Source: the human T2T-CHM13v2.0 reference genome, Homo sapiens
NCBI RefSeq assembly: GCF_009914755.1
Contig: NC_060938.1
Length of the DNA: 64,000 nucleotides
Direction: 5' to 3' (one strand)
The notes beneath the pieces were generated by a model that was not told the origin of the DNA, did no database searches, and worked only from the letters and a program-made list of their open reading frames with translations. Positions 39,101-54,100 of the stretch are shown here, piece after piece. Every line of letters begins with the position of its first letter. Position 1 is the first letter of the stretch. The translations under genes were made by a program, and so were the position numbers.

Positions 39101-42100
39101 TACAAAAAGAGTGCTTCAAAGCTGCTCTCTGAAACGGAATGTTCAACTCTATGAGTTGAATGCAAACATCACAAAGACGTTTCTGAGAATGCTTCTGTCT
39201 AGATTTGATATGAAGATATTCCCGTTTCCAACGAAATCTTCAAATCTATCCAAATGTCCACTTGCAGATTCAACAAAAAGTGTTTTTCAGAACTGCTCTA
39301 TCAAAAGTAAGATCCACCTCTGTTAGCTGAGTTCACACCTCACAAACAAGTTTATGAGAATGCTTCTGTCTAGTTTTTATTTGAAGATATTTCCTTTCTC
39401 ACCATAGAGCTGAAAGCTGTCCTAATGTTCACTTCCAGATACTACAGAAAGAGTGTTTCAAAACTGCTGTACGAAAGGGAATGTTCAACTCTGTGACTTG
39501 AATGCACACATCACAAAGAAGTTTCTGAGGATGCTGCTGTCTACTTTTTATACGTAATCCCGTTTCCAACGAAATCCTCCAAGCTATCCAAATATCCACT
39601 TGCAGATTCCACAGAAAGACTGTTTCAAAACTGCTCTGTCAATAGAAAGGTTCAACTCTGTTAGCTGCATGCATATATCCCAAAGAAGATTCTGAGATTG
39701 CTTCTGTCTAGTTTTTATGGGAAGATATTTCCCTTTTCACCGTAGGTGTCAAGGCGCTCCAAATGTCCACTTCCAGATACTACAAAAAGAGTGTTTCAAA
39801 CCTACTCTGTGAAAGGGAATATTCAACTCTGTGACTTGAATGCACATATCACAAGGAAGTTTCTGAGAATGCTTCTGTCGAGATTTTATATGAAGATATT
39901 CCCGTTTCCAACGAAATCCTGAAATCTATCCAAATATCCCCTTGCAGATTCTACAAAAAGAGTGTTTCAAAACTGCTCTGTAAAAAGAAAGGTTCAACTC
40001 TGTTAGTTGAGTACACACATCACAAACAAGTTTCACACAATGCTTCTTTCTAGCTTGTAGGGGAAGATATTCCCTTTATCACCATGGGCCTCAAACCGTC
40101 CGATAAGTCCACTTCCATATACTACAAAAAGAGCGTTTCAAACCTGCTCTATGAAAGGCAATGTTCAACTCTGTGACTTGAATGCAGACATCACAGAGCA
40201 GTTTCTGAGAATGCTTCTGTCTAGATTTTATAGGAAGATATTCCCGTTTCCAACGAAATCTTCACAGCTATCCAAATATCCACTTGCAGATTCTACAAAA
40301 AGAGTGTATCAAAACTGCTCTGTCAAAAGGAAGGTTCTTTTCTGTTAGGTGAGTGCATACGTCATAAAGGAGTTTCTGAGAATGTTTCTGTCTAGTGGTT
40401 ATGGGAAGATATTTGCTTTTTCACCGTAGGCCTCAGAGCGCTCCAAATATCCACTTGCACATACTACAAAAAGAGTGCCTCAAAGCTGCTCTCTGAAACG
40501 GAATGTTCAACTCTATGAGTTGAATGCAAACATCGCAAAGACGTTTCTGAGAATGCTTCTGTCTAGATTTGATATGAAGATATTCCCGTTTCCAACGAAA
40601 TCTTCAAATCTATCCAAATGTCCACTTGCAGATTCAACAAAAAGTGTTTTTCAGAACTGCTCTATCAAAAGAAAGATCCACCTCTGTTAGCTGAGTTCAC
40701 ACATCACAAACAAGTTTATGAGAATGCTTCTGTCTAGTTTTTATTTGAAGATATTTCCTTTCTCACCATAGAGCTGAAAGCTGTCCTAATGTTCACTTCC
40801 AGATACTACAGAAAGAGTGTTTCAAAACTGCTGTACGAAAGGGAATGTTCAACTATGTGACTTGAATGCACACATCACAAAGAAGTTTCTGAGGATGCTG
40901 CTGTCTACTTTTTATACGTAATCCCGTTTCCAACGAAATCCTCCAAGCTATCCAAATATCCACTTGCAGATTCCACAGAAAGACTGTTTCAAAACTGCTC
41001 TGTCAATAGAAAGGTTCAACTCTGTTAGCTGCGTGCATATATCCCAAAGAAGATTCTGAGATTGCTTCTGTCTAGTTTTTATGGGAAGATATTTCCCTTT
41101 TCACCGTAGGTGTCAAGGCGCTCCAAATGTCCACTTCCAGATACTACAAAAAGAGTGTTTCAAACCTACTCTGTGAAAGGGAATATTCAACTCTGTGACT
41201 TGAATGCACATATCACAAAGAAGTTTTTGAGAATGCTTCTGTCGAGATTTTATATGAAGATATTCCCGTTTCCAACGAAATGCTGAAATCTATCCAAATA
41301 TCCCCTCGCAGATTCTACAAAAAGAGTGTTTCAAAACTGCTCTGTGAAAAGAAAGGTTCAACTCTGTTAGTTGAGTACACACATCACAAACAAGTTTCAC
41401 AGAATGCTTCTTTCTAGCTTGTAGGGGAAGATATTCCCTTTATCACCATGGGCCTCCAACCGTCCGAAACATCCACTTCCATATACTACAAAAAGAGCGT
41501 TTCAAACCTGCTCTATGAAAGGCAATGTTCAACTCTGTGACTTGAATGCAGACATCACAGAGCAGTTTCTGAGAATGCTTCTGTCTAGATTTTATAGGAA
41601 GATATTCCCGTTTCCAACGAAATCTTCACAGCTATCCAAATATCCACTTGCAGATTCTACAAAAAGAGTGTATCAAAACTGCTCTGTCAAAAGGAAGGTT
41701 CTTCTCTGTTAGGTGAGTGCATACGTCATAAAGGAGTTTCTGAGAATGTTTCTGTCTAGTGGTTATGGGAAGATATTTGCTTTTTCACCGTAGGCCTCAG
41801 AGCGCTCCAAATATCCACTTGCACATACTACAAAAAGAGTGCTTCAAAGCTGCTCTCTGAAACGGAATGTTCAACTCTATGAGTTGAATGCAAACATCAC
41901 AAAGACGTTTCTGAGAATGCTTCTGTCTAGATTTGATATGAAGATATTCCCGTTTCCAACGAAATCTTCAAATCTATCCAAATGTCCACTTGCAGATTCA
42001 ACAAAAAGTGTTTTTCAGAACTGCTCTATCAAAAGTAAGATCCACCTCTGTTAGCTGAGTTCACACCTCACAAACAAGTTTATGAGAATGCTTCTGTCTA

Positions 42101-45100
42101 GTTTTTATTTGAAGATATTTCCTTTCTCACCATAGAGCTGAAAGCTGTCCTAATGTTCACTTCCAGATACTACAGAAAGAGTGTTTCAAAACTGCTGTAC
42201 GAAAGGGAATGTTCAACTCTGTGACTTGAATGCACACATCACAAAGAAGTTTCTGAGGATGCTGCTGTCTACTTTTTATACGTAATCCCGTTTCCAACGA
42301 AATCCTCCAAGCTATCCAAATATCCACTTGCAGATTCCACAGAAAGACTGTTTCAAAACTGCTCTGTCAATAGAAAGGTTCAACTCTGTTAGCTGCATGC
42401 ATATATCCCAAAGAAGATTCTGAGATTGCTTCTGTCTAGTTTTTATGGGAAGATATTTCCCTTTTCACCGTAGGTGTCAAGGCGCTCCAAATGTCCACTT
42501 CCAGATACTACAAAAAGAGTGTTTCAAACCTACTCTGTGAAAGGGAATATTCAACTCTGTGACTTGAATGCACATATCACAAGGAAGTTTCTGAGAATGC
42601 TTCTGTCGAGATTTTATATGAAGATATTCCCGTTTCCAACGAAATCCTGAAATCTATCCAAATATCCCCTTGCAGATTCTACAAAAAGAGTGTTTCAAAA
42701 CTGCTCTGTAAAAAGAAAGGTTCAACTCTGTTAGTTGAGTACACACATCACAAACAAGTTTCACACAATGCTTCTTTCTAGCTTGTAGGGGAAGATATTC
42801 CCTTTATCACCATGGGCCTCAAACCGTCCGATAAGTCCACTTCTATATACTACAAAAAGAGCGTTTCAAACCTGCTCTATGAAAGGCAATGTTCAACTCT
42901 GTGACTTGAATGCAGACATCACAGAGCAGTTTCTGAGAATGCTTCTGTCTAGATTTTATAGGAAGATATTCCCGTTTCCAACGAAATCTTCACAGCTATC
43001 CAAATATCCACTTGCAGATTCTACAAAAAGAGTGTATCAAAACTGCTCTGTCAAAAGGAAGGTTCTTTTCTGTTAGGTGAGTGCATACGTCATAAAGGAG
43101 TTTCTGAGAATGTTTCTGTCTAGTGGTTATGGGAAGATATTTGCTTTTTCACCGTAGGCCTCAGAGCGCTCCAAATATCCACTTGCACATACTACAAAAA
43201 GAGTGCCTCAAAGCTGCTCTCTGAAACGGAATGTTCAACTCTATGAGTTGAATGCAAACATCGCAAAGACGTTTCTGAGAATGCTTCTGTCTAGATTTGA
43301 TATGAAGATATTCCCGTTTCCAACGAAATCTTCAAATCTATCCAAATGTCCACTTGCAGATTCAACAAAAAGTGTTTTTCAGAACTGCTCTATCAAAAGA
43401 AAGATCCACCTCTGTTAGCTGAGTTCACACATCACAAACAAGTTTATGAGAATGCTTCTGTCTAGTTTTTATTTGAAGATATTTCCTTTCTCACCATAGA
43501 GCTGAAAGCTGTCCTAATGTTCACTTCCAGATACTACAGAAAGAGTGTTTCAAAACTGCTGTACGAAAGGGAATGTTCAACTATGTGACTTGAATGCACA
43601 CATCACAAAGAAGTTTCTGAGGATGCTGCTGTCTACTTTTTATACGTAATCCCGTTTCCAACGAAATCCTCCAAGCTATCCAAATATCCACTTGCAGATT
43701 CCACAGAAAGACTGTTTCAAAACTGCTCTGTCAATAGAAAGGTTCAACTCTGTTAGCTGCATGCATATATCCCAAAGAAGATTCTGAGATTGCTTCTGTC
43801 TAGTTTTTATGGGAAGATATTTCCCTTTTCACCGTAGGCGTCAAGGCGCTCCAAATGTCCACTTCCAGATACTACAAAAAGAGTGTTTCAAACCTACTCT
43901 GTGAAAGGGAATATTCAACTCTGTGACTTGAATGCACATATCACAAGGAAGTTTCTGAGAATGCTTCTGTCGAGATTTTATATGAAGATATTCCCGTTTC
44001 CAACGAAATGCTGGAATCTATCCAAATATCCCCTCGCAGATTCTACAAAAAGAGTGTTTCAAAACTGCTCTGTAAAAAGAAAGGTTCAACTCTGTTAGTT
44101 GAGTACACACATCACAAACAAGTTTCACACAATGCTTCTTTCTAGCTTGTAGGGGAAGATATTCCCTTTATCACCATGGGCCTCAAACCGTCCGATAAGT
44201 CCACTTCCATATACTACAAAAAGAGCGTTTCAAACCTGCTCTATGAAAGGCAATGTTCAACTCTGTGACTTGAATGCAGACATCACAGAGCAGTTTCTGA
44301 GAATGCTTCTGTCTAGATTTTATAGGAAGATATTCCCGTTTCCAACGAAATCTTCACAGCTATCCAAATATCCACTTGCAGATTCTACAAAAAGAGTGTA
44401 TCAAAACTGCTCTGTCAAAAGGAAGGTTCTTTTCTGTTAGGTGAGTGCATACGTCATAAAGGAGTTTCTGAGAATGTTTCTGTCTAGTGGTTATGGGAAG
44501 ATATTTGTTTTTTCACCGTAGGCCTCAGAGCGCTCCAAATATCCACTTGCACATACTACAAAAAGAGTGCCTCAAAGCTGCTCTCTGAAACGGAATGTTC
44601 AACTCTATGAGTTGAATGCAAACATCGCAAAGACGTTTCTGAGAATGCTTCTGTCTAGATTTGATATGAAGATATTCCCGTTTCCAACGAAATCTTCAAA
44701 TCTATCCAAATGTCCACTTGCAGATTCAACAAAAAGTGTTTTTCAGAACTGCTCTATCAAAAGAAAGATCCACCTCTGTTAGCTGAGTTCACACATCACA
44801 AACAAGTTTATGAGAATGCTTCTGTCTAGTTTTTATTTGAAGATATTTCCTTTCTCACCATAGAGCTGAAAGCTGTCCTAATGTTCACTTCCAGATACTA
44901 CAGAAAGAGTGTTTCAAAACTGCTGTACGAAAGGGAATGTTCAACTCTGTGACTTGAATGCACACATCACAAAGAAGTTTCTGAGGATGCTGCTGTCTAC
45001 TTTTTATACGTAATCCCGTTTCCAACGAAATCCTCCAAGCTATCCAAATATCCACTTGCAGATTCCACAGAAAGACTGTTTCAAAACTGCTCTGTCAATA

Positions 45101-48100
45101 GAAAGGTTCAACTCTGTTAGCTGCATGCATATATCCCAAAGAAGATTCTGAGATTGCTTCTGTCTAGTTTTTATGGGAAGATATTTCCCTTTTCACCGTA
45201 GGCGTCAAGGCGCTCCAAATGTCCACTTCCAGATACTACAAAAAGAGTGTTTCAAACCTACTCTGTGAAAGGGAATATTCAACTCTGTGACTTGAATGCA
45301 CATATCACAAGGAAGTTTCTGAGAATGCTTCTGTCGAGATTTTATATGAAGATATTCCCGTTTCCAACGAAATCCTGAAATCTATCCAAATATCCCCTTG
45401 CAGATTCTACAAAAAGAGTGTTTCAAAACTGCTCTGTAAAAAGAAAGGTTCAACTCTGTTAGTTGAGTACACACATCACAAACAGGTTTCACACAATGCT
45501 TCTTTCTAGCTTGTAGGGGAAGATATTCCCTTTATCACCATGGGCCTCCAACCGTCCGAAACATCCACTTCCATATACTACAAAAAGAGCGTTTCAAACC
45601 TGCTCTATGAAAGGCAATGTTCAACTCTGTGACTTGAATGCAGACATCACAGAGCAGTTTCTGAGAATGCTTCTGTCTAGATTTTATAGGAAGATATTCC
45701 CGTTTCCAACGAAATCTTCACAGCTATCCAAATATCCACTTGCAGATTCTACAAAAAGAGTGTATCAAAACTGCTCTGTCAAAAGGAAGGTTCTTTTCTG
45801 TTAGGTGAGTGCATACGTCATAAAGGAGTTTCTGAGAATGTTTCTGTCTAGTGGTTATGGGAAGATATTTGCTTTTTCACCGTAGGCCTCAGAGCGCTCC
45901 AAATATCCACTTGCACATACTACAAAAAGAGTGCCTCAAAGCTGCTCTCTGAAACGGAATGTTCAACTCTATGAGTTGAATGCAAACATCGCAAAGACGT
46001 TTCTGAGAATGCTTCTGTCTAGATTTGATATGAAGATATTCCCGTTTCCAACGAAATCTTCAAATCTATCCAAATGTCCACTTGCAGATTCAACAAAAAG
46101 TGTTTTTCAGAACTGCTCTATCAAAAGAAAGATCCACCTCTGTTAGCTGAGTTCACACATCACAAACAAGTTTATGAGAATGCTTCTGTCTAGTTTTTAT
46201 TTGAAGATATTTCCTTTCTCACCATAGAGCTGAAAGCTGTCCTAATGTTCACTTCCAGATACTGCAGAAAGAGTGTTTCAAAACTGCTGTACGAAAGGGA
46301 ATGTTCAACTCTGTGACTTGAATGCACACATCACAAAGAAGTTTCTGAGGATGCTGCTGTCTACTTTTTATACGTAATCCCGTTTCCAACGAAATCCTCC
46401 AAGCTATCCAAATATCCACTTGCAGATTCCACAGAAAGACTGTTTCAAAACTGCTCTGTCAATAGAAAGGTTCAACTCTGTTAGCTGCATGCATATATCC
46501 CAAAGAAGATTCTGAGATTGCTTCTGTCTAGTTTTTATGGGAAGATATTTCCCTTTTCACCGTAGGCGTCAAGGCGCTCCAAATGTCCACTTCCAGATAC
46601 TACAAAAAGAGTGTTTCAAACCTACTCTGTGAAAGGAAATATTCAACTCTGTGACTTGAATGCACATATCACAAGGAAGTTTCTGAGAATGCTTCTGTCG
46701 AGATTTTATATGAAGATATTCCCGTTTCCAACGAAATCCTGAAATCTATCCAAATATCCCCTTGCAGATTCTACAAAAAGAGTGTTTCAAAACTGCTCTG
46801 TAAAAAGAAAGGTTCAACTCTGTTAGTTGAGTACACACATCACAAACAAGTTTCACACAATGCTTCTTTCTAGCTTGTAGGGGAAGATATTCCCTTTATC
46901 ACCATGGGCCTCAAACCGTCCGATAAGTCCACTTCCATATACTACAAAAAGAGCGTTTCAAACCTGCTCTATGAAAGGCAATGTTCAACTCTGTGACTTG
47001 AATGCAGACATCACAGAGCAGTTTCTGAGAATGCTTCTGTCTAGATTTTATAGGAAGATATTCCCGTTTCCAACGAAATCTTCACAGCTATCCAAATATC
47101 CACTTGCAGATTCTACAAAAAGAGTGTATCAAAACTGCTCTGTCAAAAGGAAGGTTCTTTTCTGTTAGGTGAGTGCATACGTCATAAAGGAGTTTCTGAG
47201 AATGTTTCTGTCTAGTGGTTATGGGAAGATATTTGCTTTTTCACCGTAGGCCTCAGAGCGCTCCAAATATCCACTTGCACATACTACAAAAAGAGTGCCT
47301 CAAACCTGCTCTCTGAAACGGAATGTTCAACTCTATGAGTTGAATGCAAACATCGCAAAGACGTTTCTGAGAATGCTTCTGTCTAGATTTGATATGAAGA
47401 TATTCCCGTTTCCAACGAAATCTTCAAATCTATCCAAATGTCCACTTGCAGATTCAACAAAAAGTGTTTTTCAGAACTGCTCTATCAAAAGAAAGATCCA
47501 CCTCTGTTAGCTGAGTTCACACATCACAAACAAGTTTATGAGAATGCTTCTGTCTAGTTTTTATTTGAAGATATTTCCTTTCTCACCATAGAGCTGAAAG
47601 CTGTCCTAATGTTCACTTCCAGATACTACAGAAAGAGTGTTTCAAAACTGCTGTACGAAAGGGAATGTTCAACTCTGTGACTTGAATGCACACATCACAA
47701 AGAAGTTTCTGAGGATGCTGCTGTCTACTTTTTATACGTAATCCCGTTTCCAACGAAATCCTCCAAGCTATCCAAATATCCACTTGCAGATTCCACAGAA
47801 AGACTGTTTCAAAACTGCTCTGTCAATAGAAAGGTTCAACTCTGTTAGCTGCATGCATATATCCCAAAGAAGATTCTGAGATTGCTTCTGTCTAGTTTTT
47901 ATGGGAAGATATTTCCCTTTTCACCGTAGGCGTCAAGGCGCTCCAAATGTCCACTTCCAGATACTACAAAAAGAGTGTTTCAAACCTACTCTGTGAAAGG
48001 GAATATTCAACTCTGTGACTTGAATGCACATATCACAAGGAAGTTTCTGAGAATGCTTCTGTCGAGATTTTATATGAAGATATTCCCGTTTCCAACGAAA

Positions 48101-51100
48101 TCCTGAAATCTATCCAAATATCCCCTCGCAGATTCTACAAAAAGAGTGTTTCAAAACTGCTCTGTAAAAAGAAAGGTTCAACTCTGTTAGTTGAGTACAC
48201 ACATCACAAACAAGTTTCACACAATGCTTCTTTCTAGCTTGTAGGGGAAGATATTCCCTTTATCACCATGGGCCTCAAACCGTCCGATAAGTCCACTTCC
48301 ATATACTACAAAAAGAGCGTTTCAAACCTGCTCTATGAAAGGCAATGTTCAACTCTGTGACTTGAATGCAGACATCACAGAGCAGTTTCTGAGAATGCTT
48401 CTGTCTAGACTTTATAGGAAGATATTCCCGTTTCCAACGAAATCTTCACAGCTATCCAAATATCCACTTGCAGATTCTACAAAAAGAGTGTATCAAAACT
48501 GCTCTGTCAAAAGGAAGGTTCTTTTCTGTTAGGTGAGTGCATACGTCATAAAGGAGTTTCTGAGAATGTTTCTGTCTAGTGGTTATGGGAAGATATTTGC
48601 TTTTTCACCGTAGGCCTCAGAGCGCTCCAAATATCCACTTGCACATACTACAAAAAGAGTGCCTCAAAGCTGCTCTCTGAAACGGAATGTTCAACTCTAT
48701 GAGTTGAATGCAAACATCGCAAAGACGTTTCTGAGAATGCTTCTGTCTAGATTTGATATGAAGATATTCCCGTTTCCAACGAAATCTTCAAATCTATCCA
48801 AATGTCCACTTGCAGATTCAACAAAAAGTGTTTTTCAGAACTGCTCTATCAAAAGAAAGATCCACCTCTGTTAGCTGAGTTCACACATCACAAACAAGTT
48901 TATGAGAATGCTTCTGTCTAGTTTTTATTTGAAGATATTTCCTTTCTCACCATAGAGCTGAAAGCTGTCCTAATGTTCACTTCCAGATACTACAGAAAGA
49001 GTGTTTCAAAACTGCTGTACGAAAGGGAATGTTCAACTCTGTGACTTGAATGCACACATCACAAAGAAGTTTCTGAGGATGCTGCTGTCTACTTTTTATA
49101 CGTAATCCCGTTTCCAACGAAATCCTCCAAGCTATCCAAATATCCACTTGCAGATTCCACAGAAAGACTGTTTCAAAACTGCTCTGTCAATAGAAAGGTT
49201 CAACTCTGTTAGCTGCGTGCATATATCCCAAAGAAGATTCTGAGATTGCTTCTGTCTAGTTTTTATGGGAAGATATTTCCCTTTTCACCGTAGGCGTCAA
49301 GGCGCTCCAAATGTCCACTTCCAGATACTACAAAAAGAGTGTTTCAAACCTACTCTGTGAAAGGGAATATTCAACTCTGTGACTTGAATGCACATATCAC
49401 AAGGAAGTTTCTGAGAATGCTTCTGTCGAGATTTTATATGAAGATATTCCCGTTTCCAACGAAATCCTGAAATCTATCCAAATATCCCCTTGCAGATTCT
49501 ACAAAAAGAGTGTTTCAAAACTGCTCTGTAAAAAGAAAGGTTCAACTCTGTTAGTTGAGTACACACATCACAAACAAGTTTCACACAATGCTTCTTTCTA
49601 GCTTGTAGGGGAAGATATTCCCTTTATCACCATGGGCCTCAAACCGTCCGATAAGTCCACTTCCATATACTACAAAAAGAGCGTTTCAAACCTGCTCTAT
49701 GAAAGGCAATGTTCAACTCTGTGACTTGAATGCAGACATCACAGAGCAGTTTCTGAGAATGCTTCTGTCTAGATTTTATAGGAAGATATTCCCGTTTCCA
49801 ACGAAATCTTCACAGCTATCCAAATATCCACTTGCAGATTCTACAAAAAGAGTGTATCAAAACTGCTCTGTCAAAAGGAAGGTTCTTTTCTGTTAGGTGA
49901 GTGCATACGTCATAAAGGAGTTTCTGAGAATGTTTCTGTCTAGTGGTTATGGGAAGATATTTGCTTTTTCACCGTAGGCCTCAGAGCGCTCCAAATATCC
50001 ACTTGCACATACTACAAAAAGAGTGCCTCAAAGCTGCTCTCTGAAACGGAATGTTCAACTCTATGAGTTGAATGCAAACATCGCAAAGACGTTTCTGAGA
50101 ATGCTTCTGTCTAGATTTGATATGAAGATATTCCCGTTTCCAACGAAATCTTCAAATCTATCCAAATGTCCACTTGCAGATTCAACAAAAAGTGTTTTTC
50201 AGAACTGCTCTATCAAAAGAAAGATCCACCTCTGTTAGCTGAGTTCACACATCACAAACAAGTTTATGAGAATGCTTCTGTCTAGTTTTTATTTGAAGAT
50301 ATTTCCTTTCTCACCATAGAGCTGAAAGCTGTCCTAATGTTCACTTCCAGATACTACAGAAAGAGTGTTTCAAAACTGCTGTACGAAAGGGAATGTTCAA
50401 CTCTGTGACTTGAATGCACACATCACAAAGAAGTTTCTGAGGATGCTGCTGTCTACTTTTTATACGTAATCCCGTTTCCAACGAAATCCTCCAAGCTATC
50501 CAAATATCCACTTGCAGATTCCACAGAAAGACTGTTTCAAAACTGCTCTGTCAATAGAAAGGTTCAACTCTGTTAGCTGCGTGCATATATCCCAAAGAAG
50601 ATTCTGAGATTGCTTCTGTCTAGTTTTTATGGGAAGATATTTCCCTTTTCACCGTAGGTGTCAAGGCGCTCCAAATGTCCACTTCCAGATACTACAAAAA
50701 GAGTGTTTCAAACCTACTCTGTGAAAGGGAATATTCAACTCTGTGACTTGAATGCACATATCACAAAGAAGTTTCTGAGAATGCTTCTGTCGAGATTTTA
50801 TATGAAGATATTCCCGTTTCCAACGAAATGCTGAAATCTATCCAAATATCCCCTCGCAGATTCTACAAAAAGAGTGTTTCAAAACTGCTCTGTGAAAAGA
50901 AAGGTTCAACTCTGTTAGTTGAGTACACACATCACAAACAAGTTTCACAGAATGCTTCTTTCTAGCTTGTAGGGGAAGATATTCCCTTTATCACCATGGG
51001 CCTCCAACCGTCCGAAACATCCACTTCCATATACTACAAAAAGAGCGTTTCAAACCTGCTCTATGAAAGGCAATGTTCAACTCTGTGACTTGAATGCAGA

Positions 51101-51153
51101 CATCACAGAGCAGTTTCTGAGAATGCTTCTGTCTAGATTTTATAGGAAGATAT

Positions 51154-54100
51154 GCCCGTTTCCAACGAAATCTTCACAGCTATCCAAATATCCACTTGCA
51201 GATTCTACAAAAAGAGTGTATCAAAACTGCTCTGTCAAAAGGAAGGTTCTTCTCTGTTAGGTGAGTGCATACGTCATAAAGGAGTTTCTGAGAATGTTTC
51301 TGTCTAGTGGTTATGGGAAGATATTTGCTTTTTCACCGTAGGCCTCAGAGCGCTCCAAATATCCACTTGCACATACTACAAAAAGAGTGCTTCAAAGCTG
51401 CTCTCTGAAACGGAATGTTCAACTCTGTGAGTTGAATGCAAACATCACAAAGACGTTTCTGAGAATGCTTCTGTCTAGATTTGATATGAAGATATTCCCG
51501 TTTCCAACGAAATCTTCAAATCTATCCAAATGTCCACTTGCAGATTCAACAAAAAGTGTTTTTCAGAACTGCTCTATCAAAAGAAAGATCCACCTCTGTT
51601 AGCTGAGTTCACACATCACAAACAAGTTTATGAGAATGCTTCTGTCTAGTTTTTATTTGAAGATATTACCTTTCTCACCATAGAGCTGAAAGCTGTCCTA
51701 ATGTTCACTTCCAGATACTACAGAAAGAGTGTTTCAAAACTGCTGTACGAAAGGGAATGTTCAACTCTGTGACTTGAATGCACACATCACAAAGAAGTTT
51801 CTGAGGATGCTGCTGTCTACTTTTTATACGTAATCCCGTTTCCAACGAAATCCTCCAAGCTATCCAAATATCCACTTGCAGATTCCACAGAAAGACTGTT
51901 TCAAAACTGCTCTGTCAATAGAAAGGTTCAACTCTGTTAGCTGCATGCATATATCCCAAAGAAGATTCTGAGATTGCTTCTGTCTAGTTTTTATGGGAAG
52001 ATATTTCCCTTTTCACCGTAGGCGTCAAGGCGCTCCAAATGTCCACTTCCAGATACTACAAAAAGAGTGTTTCAAACCTACTCTGTGAAAGGAAATATTC
52101 AACTCTGTGACTTGAATGCACATATCACAAGGAAGTTTCTGAGAATGCTTCTGTCGAGATTTTATATGAAGATATTCCCGTTTCCAACGAAATCCTGAAA
52201 TCTATCCAAATATCCCCTTGCAGATTCTACAAAAAGAGTGTTTCAAAACTGCTCTGTAAAAAGAAAGGTTCAACTCTGTTAGTTGAGTACACACATCACA
52301 AACAAGTTTCACACAATGCTTCTTTCTAGCTTGTAGGGGAAGATATTCCCTTTATCACCATGGGCCTCCAACCGTCCGAAACATCCACTTCCATATACTA
52401 CAAAAAGAGCGTTTCAAACCTGCTCTATGAAAGGCAATGTTCAACTCTGTGACTTGAATGCAGACATCACAGAGCAGTTTCTGAGAATGCTTCTGTCTAG
52501 ATTTTATAGGAAGATATTCCCGTTTCCAACGAAATCTTCACAGCTATCCAAATATCCACTTGCAGATTCTACAAAAAGAGTGTATCAAAACTGCTCTGTC
52601 AAAAGGAAGGTTCTTTTCTGTTAGGTGAGTGCATACGTCATAAAGGAGTTTCTGAGAATGTTTCTGTCTAGTGGTTATGGGAAGATATTTGCTTTTTCAC
52701 CATAGGCCTCAGAGCGCTCCAAATATCCACTTGCACATACTACAAAAAGAGTGCCTCAAAGCTGCTCTCTGAAACGGAATGTTCAACTCTATGAGTTGAA
52801 TGCAAACATCGCAAAGACGTTTCTGAGAATGCTTCTGTCTAGATTTGATATGAAGATATTCCCGTTTCCAACGAAATCTTCAAATCTATCCAAATGTCCA
52901 CTTGCAGATTCAACAAAAAGTGTTTTTCAGAACTGCTCTATCAAAAGAAAGATCCACCTCTGTTAGCTGAGTTCACACATCACAAACAAGTTTATGAGAA
53001 TGCTTCTGTCTAGTTTTTATTTGAAGATATTTCCTTTCTCACCATAGACCTGAAAGCTGTCCTAATGTTCACTTCCAGATACTACAGAAAGAGTGTTTCA
53101 AAACTGCTGTACGAAAGGGAATGTTCAACTCTGTGACTTGAATGCACACATCACAAAGAAGTTTCTGAGGATGCTGCTGTCTACTTTTTATACGTAATCC
53201 CGTTTCCAACGAAATCCTCCAAGCTATCCAAATATCCACTTGCAGATTCCACAGAAAGACTGTTTCAAAACTGCTCTGTCAATAGAAAGGTTCAACTCTG
53301 TTAGCTGCGTGCATATATCCCAATGAAGATTCTGAGATTGCTTCTGTCTAGTTTTTATGGGAAGATATTTCCCTTTTCACCGTAGGTGTCAAGGCGCTCC
53401 AAATGTCCACTTCCAGATACTACAAAAAGAGTGTTTCAAACCTACTCTGTGAAAGGGAATATTCAACTCTGTGACTTGAATGCACATATCACAAAGAAGT
53501 TTCTGAGAATGCTTCTGTCGAGATTTTATATGAAGATATTCCCGTTTCCAACGAAATGCTGAAATCTATCCAAATATCCCCTCGCAGATTCTACAAAAAG
53601 AGTGTTTCAAAACTGCTCTGTGAAAAGAAAGGTTCAACTCTGTTAGTTGAGTACACACATCACAAACAAGTTTCACACAATGCTTCTTTCTAGCTTGTAG
53701 GGGAAGATATTCCCTTTATCACCATGGGCCTCAAACCGTCCGAAACATCCACTTCCCTATACTACAAAAAGAGCGTTTCAAACCTGCTCTATGAAAGGCA
53801 ATGTTCAACTCTGTGACTTGAATGCAGACATCACAGAGCAGTTTCTGAGAATGCTTCTGTCTAGATTTTATAGGAAGATATTCCCGTTTCCAACGAAATC
53901 TTCACAGCTATCCAAATATCCACTTGCAGATTCTACAAAAAGAGTGTATCAAAACTGCTCTGTCAAAAGGAAGGTTCTTCTCTGTTAGGTGAGTGCATAC
54001 GTCATAAAGGAGTTTCTGAGAATGTTTCTGTCTAGTGGTTATGGGAAGATATTTGCTTTTTCACCGTAGGCCTCAGAGCGCTCCAAATATCCACTTGCAC

